43,022 bases of DNA from a virus: the IMG/VR virus record IMGVR_UViG_3300045988_043056; one strand, written 5' to 3'. Below, in pieces: positions 27,344-34,467 of this stretch. Under the pieces are notes generated by a model. The model had not been told where the DNA came from and did no database searches. It saw nothing but the letters and a program-made list of their open reading frames with translations. The translations under genes were made by a program, and so were the position numbers. Each line of letters starts with the position of its first letter. The first letter of the stretch is position 1.

Positions 27344-29217
27344 CAATGGATCTCGCTTCCCTCGTACTGCTCCCGCGCCATCGCGTAGAGCCTCCACATG
27401 CCCGTGCCCGTGATCTTGATGCGGTAGTAGTCGCAGCGCGTCGGCAGGATCGGGATCTGCACGCTCCGTTTCCTCCCAGCCTCCATCGTCCACAGCGGCT
27501 TCCATGCGCCTCCGTCATACCGGATGCTGATCTGCACGCTTGCGCCCTCCTCCAGCTCCATCCGAAGCTGCAGCTTGCTCACGGCCTTGCGGTTCAGCGT
27601 CCCCGCCGTGAAGTCCCCGAACTCCGCGAAGCTCTCCACCGCCGCCGTCTCCTTCGTGGCCGGAGAGAACATCCCTCCGTCTCCGATCAGGTCAATCACG
27701 CCGTTGCCGCCCTGCTCGTCGATCTTTATCAGTCCATAGATCGTTCCCTGATCGTAGGTCATGCAGAACAGGTTTTGGTCGTCCTCCTTCATCCACAGGC
27801 CGTGCTTGCTGTCATAGCAGTAGATCGCCCGCTCTCCGTCCACGGTCATCTGCGCATAGTACCGCGTCCCGTCCGAGCACGCCATCACATGCTCGATCTT
27901 TCCCGTGCCGAAAACGCTTGTCTGGCTCACCGGGTACTCGTCCGCGTAGATCATCATGCCCTCGCGGGAGAGATACAGCAGCATGCCGCCCGCTGCGGCA
28001 ATGCTCTCGTGCTCTCCCGTTTTCACGCCCGGCATCGCAATCTCCGAGACTTGGAAGGTCTGCGGTGTCGCGCCGTAGATGCGCACCATCGCGTCCTCGC
28101 GGAAGAACGTCGGGTATCCGCCGTAGCTCACGCCGCCGGTCAGTTCGCCCTTTTTCTGCGTCGCAAGGCTCCATGCGTCCGTGCTCAGGCCCTCAAACAC
28201 GTTCCAGTTATTCGGGTCTCCCAGCTTGCTTGCATAGATGGTCTTTCCCTTTGCGCCCCAGAGGCGGTTGTCATGCTCAAAGCAGAAGTCCATATCCGGT
28301 ACGCTCCGCTTCAGTGTCACCGTGCCCTTAATTGTGACCTCCGTCACCGGCTCCCCGTTCTCGCCCAGCGGCATTTTGAAGCAGTTGTCCGAGAAGAACA
28401 GCACGCCGCCCATACCGCTTTCGCGCACGCCTGTCACAACCGCCGTCTTGTCGTTTCCCGGCGCTTCGGTCAGCCCTGAAATTTCCAGTCCGTCTCCGAT
28501 ATGAATCGCAGCGAGCAGATCCTCTGTTAGTCCGTATCCCTCGCTATATCCGGAAAAAGAAGTGAACGACAGAGCATTGGCCGTCGCTTTCTCCCCGTAT
28601 ACGGTTCCGTCCTCGATCTTCACTCCCGAAAGCTGAAACGTTGCTTCCATGCGGGTATAAAGCTCGTCGATGTACTTCCATTCCGTTCCTGTCCACTGGT
28701 ATAATTTCTGCTTGAGACCTTCCTGCAAGGAGCGAATCTGCCCCTTTTCTGCTTCCGTCAGTACCGGGAAGTCGCTTTTGCTGCTGATATACCCCTCGAT
28801 TTTGTACTGTGTCTTTACCACGATTTTGTCCGGCATCAGGATCAGGCGATTGCCGAAGCGCACCATCTTCACCTCGTGGACATCCTCCGAGATATAGACA
28901 TTTGCCGTTCCGCTCCATGCCGTCGATCTCATGACCATTCTTTTCTTTCCGCTGCTGAGAGGAAGAATCAGCACATACCAGATTTCCCCGTTGTCCGCAT
29001 AAATTCCCGGATATCGTGTTGAGCTGCTGTTATTCCCTTGCAGGGCAATCATCCGTTTCTCCCTCGGCTGCAGGATCGGGTACTCCCTGCACGTCAGGTT
29101 TTTCATATCGTAAAGCTCGCCGTCTCCGCATGAAAGGCTGTGACGCAGACCGCCAAAGGCCACCTGCGTTGTCTTTTTGATCTTGTCCTCGTACTTCATG
29201 CTTGGCAGCTTGCTCAT
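27343..29217 (-). CDS. Large beta-rich virion (tail/adaptor?) protein, 624 aa
   Basis: Translationally coupled on both sides (ATGA overlaps). The repetitive beta-strand-like sequence suggests a propeller or sandwich fold. I recognise no family. Confidence 0.6.
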   Translation of the reverse strand: MSKLPSMKYEDKIKKTTQVAFGGLRHSLSCGDGELYDMKNLTCREYPILQPREKRMIALQGNNSSSTRYPGIYADNGEIWYVLILPLSSGKKRMVMRSTAWSGTANVYISEDVHEVKMVRFGNRLILMPDKIVVKTQYKIEGYISSKSDFPVLTEAEKGQIRSLQEGLKQKLYQWTGTEWKYIDELYTRMEATFQLSGVKIEDGTVYGEKATANALSFTSFSGYSEGYGLTEDLLAAIHIGDGLEISGLTEAPGNDKTAVVTGVRESGMGGVLFFSDNCFKMPLGENGEPVTEVTIKGTVTLKRSVPDMDFCFEHDNRLWGAKGKTIYASKLGDPNNWNVFEGLSTDAWSLATQKKGELTGGVSYGGYPTFFREDAMVRIYGATPQTFQVSEIAMPGVKTGEHESIAAAGGMLLYLSREGMMIYADEYPVSQTSVFGTGKIEHVMACSDGTRYYAQMTVDGERAIYCYDSKHGLWMKEDDQNLFCMTYDQGTIYGLIKIDEQGGNGVIDLIGDGGMFSPATKETAAVESFAEFGDFTAGTLNRKAVSKLQLRMELEEGASVQISIRYDGGAWKPLWTMEAGRKRSVQIPILPTRCDYYRIKITGTGMWRLYAMAREQYEGSEIH

Positions 29218-29369
29218 TTCTTCTCCTCCAATTTCTGGTCGATCTGCCCCAGCAGATAGTCCAGCGCCCGCAAAAGCTGCTTGTTGAACCTCTGCTGCGC
29301 CTCCAGATCCGTCTTTGTATTGCCGGTCATCTCCGGCGCTTTGACCAAAATGTTAATATTCTGCAGCAT
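29214..29369 (-). CDS. Small hypothetical protein (51 aa)
   Basis: MLQNINILVKAPEMTGNTKTDLEAQQRFNKQLLRALDYLLGQIDQKLEEKK. The ATG lies behind GGAAAGGAAGGGCAGAG. The remainder of ORF-track entry 29214..29738 is intergenic read-through. Confidence 0.5.
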   Translation of the reverse strand: MLQNINILVKAPEMTGNTKTDLEAQQRFNKQLLRALDYLLGQIDQKLEEKK

Positions 29370-29397
29370 CTCTGCCCTTCCTTTCCGCCTTGCGTAG

Positions 29398-29474
29398 GGG
29401 CCGATTCCCTCGTCGGCCCGCTGCTGGCACTTCCTTATGCCGTTTCCGGCGGGACGTGTTGCGCGCCCCGCCGG
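29398..29474 (-). promoter_or_regulatory. X-box element copy 2: hairpin, conserved 24-mer, hairpin
   Basis: In minus sense: CCGGCGGG, 13 nt, CCCGCCGG (29474-29446). Then CGGCATAAGGAAGTGCCAGCAGCG (29442-29419). Then GGGCCGA, 8 nt, TCGGCCC (29419-29398). The 24-mer is identical to 32155-32178. Confidence 0.6.
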
Positions 29475-29482
29475 AGGATGTA

Positions 29483-30493
29483 TTAAAGACTGCTGCCGAA
29501 GCTCAGGCCGCCCGCCGCAAAGCAGCGGAAGTCCACGAATGCGCCGGTGTATCTTGCTCTGCCCTTCCAGACGTTCGCATCGTTGTGCGCGATTTCGCTG
29601 GTCACGGTCAGATCCTTGCGCATCAGGTCGATTGCGCCTTCGTAGCGCTGGTTGAACTGGCTGTCCATCAGGATCCACGGCGTGTTCGTGCTGCCGGCGC
29701 AGTACTGGTTCAGCTCGTTCCACACGAGGACGTTCCACGCGCCGAACAGGTAGTTGAACTTGTTGCCCGCTGCGGTCGTCGGGTCGTTGTGTGCACCCAG
29801 CACACCGAAAACCGCTTCCTTGATGGCAGCGTCATTCGGTATGATGATGGTGTCCGGGTTCATCACCAGCATGTTGCCGTTGTCGTCGTAGAAGTTCTGC
29901 ATCTTCGTGGCCAGCTTGCCCAGCGCGGTCGCGCTGAACGCGTCCGAGAACGCATTGCACTGGTTCGCGCCCTTGATCTTGCAGGCGTGCGCCGTCGAAA
30001 AGAGCTTTGCTCCGTCTGCCGTGGTCGTCTCAAAGCTGAAATTGCCCTGCTTGTACGCCGCCTGATTCTTGATTGCCGCACCGAGCAGACCCGCAAAGAA
30101 CTTGCTGCGCCCGCGATGGTACGAATCGATAAAGTTCTGCGGCTTGCCGACGAGGACGTTGTCCATCTTGTCCTCCATCATCTCCTGCGAGATGGAGAAG
30201 CTGCCCTTCCACGTCACGGCGGTCACGTACTTTTCATAGAGCTGCTCCGTGCTGCTCTGCGGGTATGCGCCGTTTTCGCCCACAGGGTCAAAGGAATCCG
30301 TTGCCCCTAAGCCGGTAAAGGCCTCGGTGTGGTGCGTGGAGTTCACGCGCTTAAAGATCTTTGCGGCAATGTTGCTCTCGTCGTGCATCCATGCCTCGTC
30401 TCTTCGTTCCAGGAACGCCGCAATCGGGGCCTGAATCTCGCCGTATAGCGCCTTTGCATTGTTGCTGGATTCACTCAGGATAATCTGTGCCAT
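29483..30493 (-). CDS. Major capsid protein
   Basis: 336 aa, directly after the scaffold and decoration-like genes. Size and composition are typical of HK97-fold capsid proteins. It has a strong RBS (AAAGGAGAGATGAAAC) before the ATG. Confidence 0.75.
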   Translation of the reverse strand: MAQIILSESSNNAKALYGEIQAPIAAFLERRDEAWMHDESNIAAKIFKRVNSTHHTEAFTGLGATDSFDPVGENGAYPQSSTEQLYEKYVTAVTWKGSFSISQEMMEDKMDNVLVGKPQNFIDSYHRGRSKFFAGLLGAAIKNQAAYKQGNFSFETTTADGAKLFSTAHACKIKGANQCNAFSDAFSATALGKLATKMQNFYDDNGNMLVMNPDTIIIPNDAAIKEAVFGVLGAHNDPTTAAGNKFNYLFGAWNVLVWNELNQYCAGSTNTPWILMDSQFNQRYEGAIDLMRKDLTVTSEIAHNDANVWKGRARYTGAFVDFRCFAAGGLSFGSSL

Positions 30494-30521
30494 GTTTCAT
30501 CTCTCCTTTCGTTCCGGCGGT

Positions 30522-30938
30522 TTAGCCGCCGCCTGTGGCCTTTGGAATGCGCGGGAAGCGCACGAGCATCTTACCGCCCGCTGCCGTGTCCAGCGCCTCC
30601 ACCACTTCCACGGCGGTTCCCGCCGTCGCGGTGATCTTTGTGCCGGTCGTGTCGATGGTCAGCCGGCTTCCCGCCGCTGCCGAGGTATTTGCTACGGAGT
30701 TTTCCGTCTCAAACACCGTTTCCTCGTCAACCTTGATGCACGGGATCACGTCGCCAGAGGCAACCGTGCCCTGATACATGCCGATGTACTCCGGCCGGTT
30801 GTCACCGGTACACTTTGCCAGCTTGCCGCCGGAGAAGTTCAGCGCCTGACCGGGCTTGATGCTGCCCAGTGCGCCCGCCTCCTTGTACTCCCACGGTGCC
30901 GGCTGGCCGTCGGCGTAGCTATAAGGGATAAATGCCAT
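30522..30938 (-). CDS. Putative head decoration / capsid accessory beta-protein
   Basis: I place the start at ATG 30936-30938. 138 aa, G/T/A-rich beta-type sequence, lying between the scaffold and capsid genes. Confidence 0.45.
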   Translation of the reverse strand: MAFIPYSYADGQPAPWEYKEAGALGSIKPGQALNFSGGKLAKCTGDNRPEYIGMYQGTVASGDVIPCIKVDEETVFETENSVANTSAAAGSRLTIDTTGTKITATAGTAVEVVEALDTAAGGKMLVRFPRIPKATGGG

Positions 30939-30949
30939 TTCTTTTAACC

Positions 30950-31858
30950 TCACTTTCTTTTCCGGTAATCGCGGGCGATTTCCTCGTCCGTGATATCGGG
31001 ATTAAATCTGCGGTACATCTCCTTTACCTGCTGCGGCACCACAAGCGCCTCTGCCTGATTTCCGGGTGTACCTCTCATGTGCGCCTGCGACATTGCGGCG
31101 TTTCTTGCCCGCTGCTCTCCCGCTGCGCGGTTTTTCTGCATGATCGCGTCAAAGTTTGCGGTCTTGTACGCCTGCACAAAGCTGCATCCCTTGCGCACCA
31201 GCTCTGCAAAGTCCGCGCCGGTGTCCATGCGGATGATGTCGTCCAGCGTCTTGATCTCCGGATTGAGCCTCCGGATCTCCGCCAGCTCCATTTCCCGCCG
31301 CGCCGTAAAGTCCTGTACCTCGGCGCTTTCCTGCGACTGCTTTGCATTTTGCAGGATTGCCTGCATCTCCGGCGAGGCCATCACCACGCTCTGCACGACC
31401 TCCGGGCTGAGCTTTCCGGCCTTCAGGTCCTGCTCTGCCTTGGCCTGCAGCTTTGCCTGCTTATATGCCGTGAGCTGCTCCATCGTCGTGACCGGCTGAC
31501 CCGTTTTCGGGTCCTTCAGTCCCAGCAGATTGAGAATCTCGGCGGCAGCGTCCTGCCGTCCCTTCTGCTCTGCCTGCTGTTCTCTGCGGTGGCGCTTCGC
31601 GGCCTCGCTTTCCTTGCTCGGCTTGTCCTTCCCCTCGAGTTCCTGCATGTCCGTTTCCGGCTGCGTCTCCCCCGACGGATTCCCATTGTCCTCGGCTGCC
31701 GGTTCGGTGACCTCCGGCGCATTACTACCTGTGTCCTCCCCCTGCGCGGGTTCGGGCTGCTCCTCGGCCTGCGCTGCCGGTTCGGTGACCTCCGGCTGAT
31801 TGCTACCTTCTTCCGGCTCGGGTACGCCGAAAAGCGCATAATATCGGTTTTCTGCCAT
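30950..31858 (-). CDS. Scaffolding protein
   Basis: An acidic, P/E/Q-rich N-terminus with an internal duplication is followed by a long helical charged region (AEQKGRQDAAAEILNLLGL...KQAKLQAKAEQDLKAGK). It lies immediately upstream of the capsid genes. Confidence 0.7.
   Translation of the reverse strand: MAENRYYALFGVPEPEEGSNQPEVTEPAAQAEEQPEPAQGEDTGSNAPEVTEPAAEDNGNPSGETQPETDMQELEGKDKPSKESEAAKRHRREQQAEQKGRQDAAAEILNLLGLKDPKTGQPVTTMEQLTAYKQAKLQAKAEQDLKAGKLSPEVVQSVVMASPEMQAILQNAKQSQESAEVQDFTARREMELAEIRRLNPEIKTLDDIIRMDTGADFAELVRKGCSFVQAYKTANFDAIMQKNRAAGEQRARNAAMSQAHMRGTPGNQAEALVVPQQVKEMYRRFNPDITDEEIARDYRKRK
31695..31796. repeat. 24-bp perfect direct repeat inside the scaffold gene
   Basis: GCTGCCGGTTCGGTGACCTCCGGC at 31695-31718 and 31773-31796, 78 bp apart. 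It encodes PEVTEPAA twice. Confidence 0.9.
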
Positions 31859-31895
31859 GCTTCCTCCATTGCCTTTTGGCTTGTTCTTTCGGCGG

Positions 31896-32033
31896 TCACT
31901 TCTTGCCGCCCGCTCTCGTTCTCAGGTCCGTGCCTCTGTGCACCTTGCCGCTGTCCTTGGTCTTGTGCTGATAAGCCGCCTTGACCTCCTGCGCACCGAC
32001 GTTTTTCACCTTGCCCTCATACGTCTTTTCCAT
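31896..32033 (-). CDS. Small basic protein (45 aa), below the ORF-track cutoff
   Basis: Hand translation MEKTYEGKVKNVGAQEVKAAYQHKTKDSGKVHRGTDLRTRAGGKK. A strong RBS (GAGGAGGTGAGAAGAA) precedes the ATG. It is the first gene after the P1 box. Confidence 0.5.
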   Translation of the reverse strand: MEKTYEGKVKNVGAQEVKAAYQHKTKDSGKVHRGTDLRTRAGGKK

Positions 32034-32067
32034 TTCTTCTCACCTCCTCGCGTCCTTCTTTTTCTCC

Positions 32068-32100
32068 ATTTTCTCAAAGTCACCCCCCGAGTTACTTCCA
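32068..32100 (-). promoter_or_regulatory. P-box copy 1: TGGAAGTAACTCGGGGGGT, then GAAAAT (candidate late promoter)
   Basis: In minus sense, the 19-mer at 32100-32082 is identical to 36956-36938. GAAAAT (32073-32068) lies exactly 17 nt after ...GTAAC in both copies. The start codon follows 34 nt later. Confidence 0.55.
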
Positions 32101-32130
32101 ACATTCCGGCTTGACCGCCTGAATGTCGGG

Positions 32131-32178
32131 CGAATTGCATTTCTGCAATTCGGTCGCTGCTGGCACTTCCTTATGCCG
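32131..32178 (-). promoter_or_regulatory. X-box element copy 1: conserved 24-mer plus downstream hairpin
   Basis: In minus sense: CGGCATAAGGAAGTGCCAGCAGCG (32178-32155), then the hairpin CGAATTGCA, 4 nt, TGCAATTCG (32152-32131). The upstream hairpin is the terminator at 32181-32212. Confidence 0.6.
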
Positions 32179-32180
32179 GC

Positions 32181-32212
32181 ATAAAAATGCCCGGCGGGTC
32201 TCCCCGTCGGGC
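32181..32212 (-). terminator. Intrinsic terminator after the sigma-like gene
   Basis: In minus sense: GCCCGACGGG, GAGA, CCCGCCGGGC (one mismatch), followed by ATTTTTAT. Confidence 0.65.
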
Positions 32213-32218
32213 TTGTCG

Positions 32219-32467
32219 CTAATTCTTCATGCGCTTCTGCGCGATCTGCATCTTTTCCATGATCTTCGGCAGCCGACGCTTTACCGTCGCCTGCGCCAGA
32301 TACACCTCTGCCGCCACTTCCACTTGCGGCATCCGGTCGATGTAGTAAAGCCGCGCGATCTTTTCGTTTTCCTCGCCGATGTTGGCCTGCGCGATTACCC
32401 GCTCCATTTCGCCCTTGGTCAGCTTTTGCAGCGCGGGCGGGAAGCTGATGCGGGCTTGCGGTGCCAT
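32219..32467 (-). CDS. Sigma-70 region-4-like HTH regulator (candidate late activator)
   Basis: LTKGEMERVIAQANIGEENEKIARLYYIDRMPQVEVAAEVYLAQATVKRRLPKIMEKM matches the region-4 / ArpU-RinA-type pattern. Confidence 0.65.
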   Translation of the reverse strand: MAPQARISFPPALQKLTKGEMERVIAQANIGEENEKIARLYYIDRMPQVEVAAEVYLAQATVKRRLPKIMEKMQIAQKRMKN

Positions 32468-33249
32468 TACTTCAGAAGATATGTCCAGCTATTGCGGCCG
32501 ATGATGCCGTCCACGCCGAGGTTGTGCTCGGCCTGCATCCTGCGCACGCCCGCCTCCATCTTCGGCCCGAACAGCTTGTCCGTCGCGGGGATGGCGTGGG
32601 GATAATAGCCCTTGTCCTTCATCAGCAGCATGGCCGCGCGGACATCATTGCCGCTCATGCCACGCTTAAGCATTCTCAGTTCCATCGTGATCGTATCCTC
32701 CTTTTTCGGTTCTTTGGGTGCCGGTGTTACCGGCTCGTCCTTGGTGGCCTTGCTGGCGTAGTCGGGCAGGCCGAAACCACGGATGTACCGGCCGTTGACC
32801 GCAATCTCGCGGTATCCGACCGCATCATTTTTGTTGCCTTCAATGACGGTGATGGTCTTGCCGTCGCAGGCCACCACGATGCCGACGTGGCTTGCGCCGC
32901 CGGTGCAGTCTCCCACGCCATTGTCGCCCCATGCGTACATGATGACGTCGCCGGGCTTCGGGATGTAGCTGTCGCTCTCCTTCCAGCGCCCCAGACGCTG
33001 GTAGAGCTTAATCATCTCGCCCACGCCGACCTCCGTCGGCATGATGTCCGTCAGTCCGAGCCTGATTGCCACCGCCGACACAAAGCCCGCGCACCATGCG
33101 TCGGTGTACTTCAGCGCATACCCGCGTGCCAGCGGCCGGTGCGAGTTGTACACGTCCACGATCTGGCGGTGACTGCCGTCGGATTCTTTGCAGCCGAGCC
33201 ACGTTTTGGCGGTGGCTACGACTTTTTCTCTGATTTGTGCCTCTGTCAT
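32467..33249 (-). CDS. Endolysin: CHAP-type peptidase plus PG_binding_1 domain
   Basis: YTDAWCAGFVS carries the Cys and GASHVGIVVACDGKTITVIEGN carries the His/IEGN. A P/K/E linker follows. The C-terminus LKRGMSGNDVRAAMLLMKDKGYY...FGPKMEAGVRRMQAEHNLGVDGIIGRNSWTYL is a peptidoglycan-binding repeat. Confidence 0.9.
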   Translation of the reverse strand: MTEAQIREKVVATAKTWLGCKESDGSHRQIVDVYNSHRPLARGYALKYTDAWCAGFVSAVAIRLGLTDIMPTEVGVGEMIKLYQRLGRWKESDSYIPKPGDVIMYAWGDNGVGDCTGGASHVGIVVACDGKTITVIEGNKNDAVGYREIAVNGRYIRGFGLPDYASKATKDEPVTPAPKEPKKEDTITMELRMLKRGMSGNDVRAAMLLMKDKGYYPHAIPATDKLFGPKMEAGVRRMQAEHNLGVDGIIGRNSWTYLLK

Positions 33250-33252
33250 GGC

Positions 33253-33531
33253 TTATTCGGCCTCCTTTGGGAATTTGATGCACTTGTTTTCCCACTTTTT
33301 GTATGCGTCAAAGTAGGCTTCGTTCTTCGCACCGTTGTATGTGATCTCGTAGTACATCCCATCCGGGACATTGGTAGACAGCAGCGCCTTGTTGTTCCCG
33401 AGCGTCTTGCAGCTCCACACGACATACACATCTTCTGGCGTGAGCTTGACCCGATTGGTCGTATCCACGATACCGTTGAAGTACTGTACCACCGCATCGA
33501 CCGCAAACTGCAAAAATTTCTGCGTATCCAT
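33253..33531 (-). CDS. Conserved small phage protein, unknown function
   Basis: 92 aa. VYVVWSCKTLGNNKALLSTNVPDGMYYEITYNGAKNEAYFDAYKK is a pattern I have seen in Firmicutes phage lysis regions. Confidence 0.6.
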   Translation of the reverse strand: MDTQKFLQFAVDAVVQYFNGIVDTTNRVKLTPEDVYVVWSCKTLGNNKALLSTNVPDGMYYEITYNGAKNEAYFDAYKKWENKCIKFPKEAE

Positions 33532-33544
33532 TTCTCATGCCTCC

Positions 33545-33898
33545 TCAAACGGTATGTGTACCTTCTACACCGCGCTGTACTCTTGCCTCTGTTCTCTTCC
33601 GCAGCCAGAGCAGCGCCTCTTCCAGCTTCGTGATGGCGATTGCATTCTCCCTGCAAGCGAACTCACTTTTCTGGAAGCATTCGAGCCGTTCGACGACCAT
33701 GTTGATGAGGTCTTCGTTTCCGACGCCGTTGGAGCCGCATTCGAGGACGGGGCCTTCTTGAAAATGGATGCTGCATACGATGGCATCGTCTTCGACCCGC
33801 CGTACCTCAAAGTTGTGCGGCGCATTGTACTTGTACTCCTCTTCGACCATTACCTTGGTGTACTTCGTGCGGAGCAAATCTCTTTTCAGCTCTTTCAT
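33545..33898 (-). CDS. Conserved small phage protein; tentatively N4-gp49/Sf6-gp66-like family
   Basis: IHFQEGPVLECGSNGVGNEDLINMVVERLECFQKSEFACRENAIAITKLEEALLWLRKRTEARVQRGVEGT. The family assignment is from memory only. Confidence 0.6.
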   Translation of the reverse strand: MKELKRDLLRTKYTKVMVEEEYKYNAPHNFEVRRVEDDAIVCSIHFQEGPVLECGSNGVGNEDLINMVVERLECFQKSEFACRENAIAITKLEEALLWLRKRTEARVQRGVEGTHTV

Positions 33899-33901
33899 GG
33901 C

Positions 33902-34105
33902 TCACGCCCCCTTTTTGTAGCTGGCGCTGCTGATGCCCAGCAGCACGCCGAGGAAGGTGTCCGCAGCCGTGATCGTGCCGACGACCTGCTCCCCGTAGGG
34001 AAGCCCCCAGATGCCGGACAGCGCAAAGTACAGCGTGCCCAGCGCGGGCAGCAGATACAGCGCGATCCACTTCAGGATGTCATAGACCTTGTTGCTCAGT
34101 TTCAT
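33902..34105 (-). CDS. Holin (phi LC3 / TIGR01598-like)
   Basis: I place the start at ATG 34103-34105, 8 nt after AAGGAG. MKLSNKVYDILKWIALYLLPALGTLYFALSGIWGLPYGEQVVGTITAADTFLGVLLGIS. Confidence 0.8.
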   Translation of the reverse strand: MKLSNKVYDILKWIALYLLPALGTLYFALSGIWGLPYGEQVVGTITAADTFLGVLLGISSASYKKGA

Positions 34106-34155
34106 TTCCATTTCTCCTTTCAAAATTCACCGGTTGCCCGGTTTTTTTCTTGCGG

Positions 34156-34440
34156 TCAGATCAGCCGCCCCAGCAGCGCGCCCACCAGCACCGAGATCAG
34201 CGCCGTCACGATTGCCGTCACCACGCTGTCCCAGCGCTTCGCGGGCTTTCCCAGCAGCTTATCGACGTTGGTTTTGATCGTCGATACGTCGCTCTTGGTG
34301 TGCTCCATGTCCTTTTGCAAGCCGCAAATCGCCGTCACCAGCTTGTCCTGCTCGTCCACGCGCTTTTCCAGCCTGTCCATCCGGTGCGTGTTGGATTTGC
34401 TCCGCTGCTCGTTCTCGATCACCTTTTCTTCAATCTCCAT
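34156..34440 (-). CDS. xhlA: XhlA-like lysis-associated protein
   Basis: A coiled-coil N-terminus (HRMDRLEKRVDEQDKLVTAICGLQKDMEHTKSDVSTIKTNVDKL) is followed by a C-terminal TM helix (WDSVVTAIVTALISVLVGALLG). It lies directly upstream of the holin. Confidence 0.7.
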   Translation of the reverse strand: MEIEEKVIENEQRSKSNTHRMDRLEKRVDEQDKLVTAICGLQKDMEHTKSDVSTIKTNVDKLLGKPAKRWDSVVTAIVTALISVLVGALLGRLI

Positions 34441-34467
34441 CCGCTTTCCTCCTTCCCTCCTTACTTC

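Noticed and set aside
24578-27388. Very long plus-strand ORFs antisense to the structural genes. Examples are 24578..27388 (936 aa), 19458..21827 (789 aa), 34150..36255 (701 aa), 17448..18725, 11343..12647, 32461..33633 and 1706..3022.
   Set aside because: All are R/L/H/C/P-rich with no RBS. They lie exactly opposite ORFs with strong motif support (TerL, portal, giant ORF, fibre, lysin). These are typical shadow frames of GC-rich coding DNA.
25832-27505. N-terminal extensions in the ORF track. Examples are TerL from 27505, 41453..41890, 41112..41561, 40778..41179, 40005..40376, 39706..40116, 10559..11080, 10938..11372, 29214..29738 and 2337..2669.
   Set aside because: The extensions have shadow-like composition and no RBS, and they overlap the preceding gene. 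Internal ATG or GTG codons with GGAGG-type sites and ATGA-style coupling give compact, motif-complete proteins.
32161-32176. A sigma-54-like -24/-12 element, TGGCAC-N5-TATGC, read on the plus strand within the X-box. It is also present at 29426-29441.
   Set aside because: The GG-to-GC spacing is one nucleotide too long. The -12 element is TATGC rather than TTGC. It points away from every gene in the region, since all neighbours are on the minus strand. I interpret it instead as part of the minus-strand X-box.
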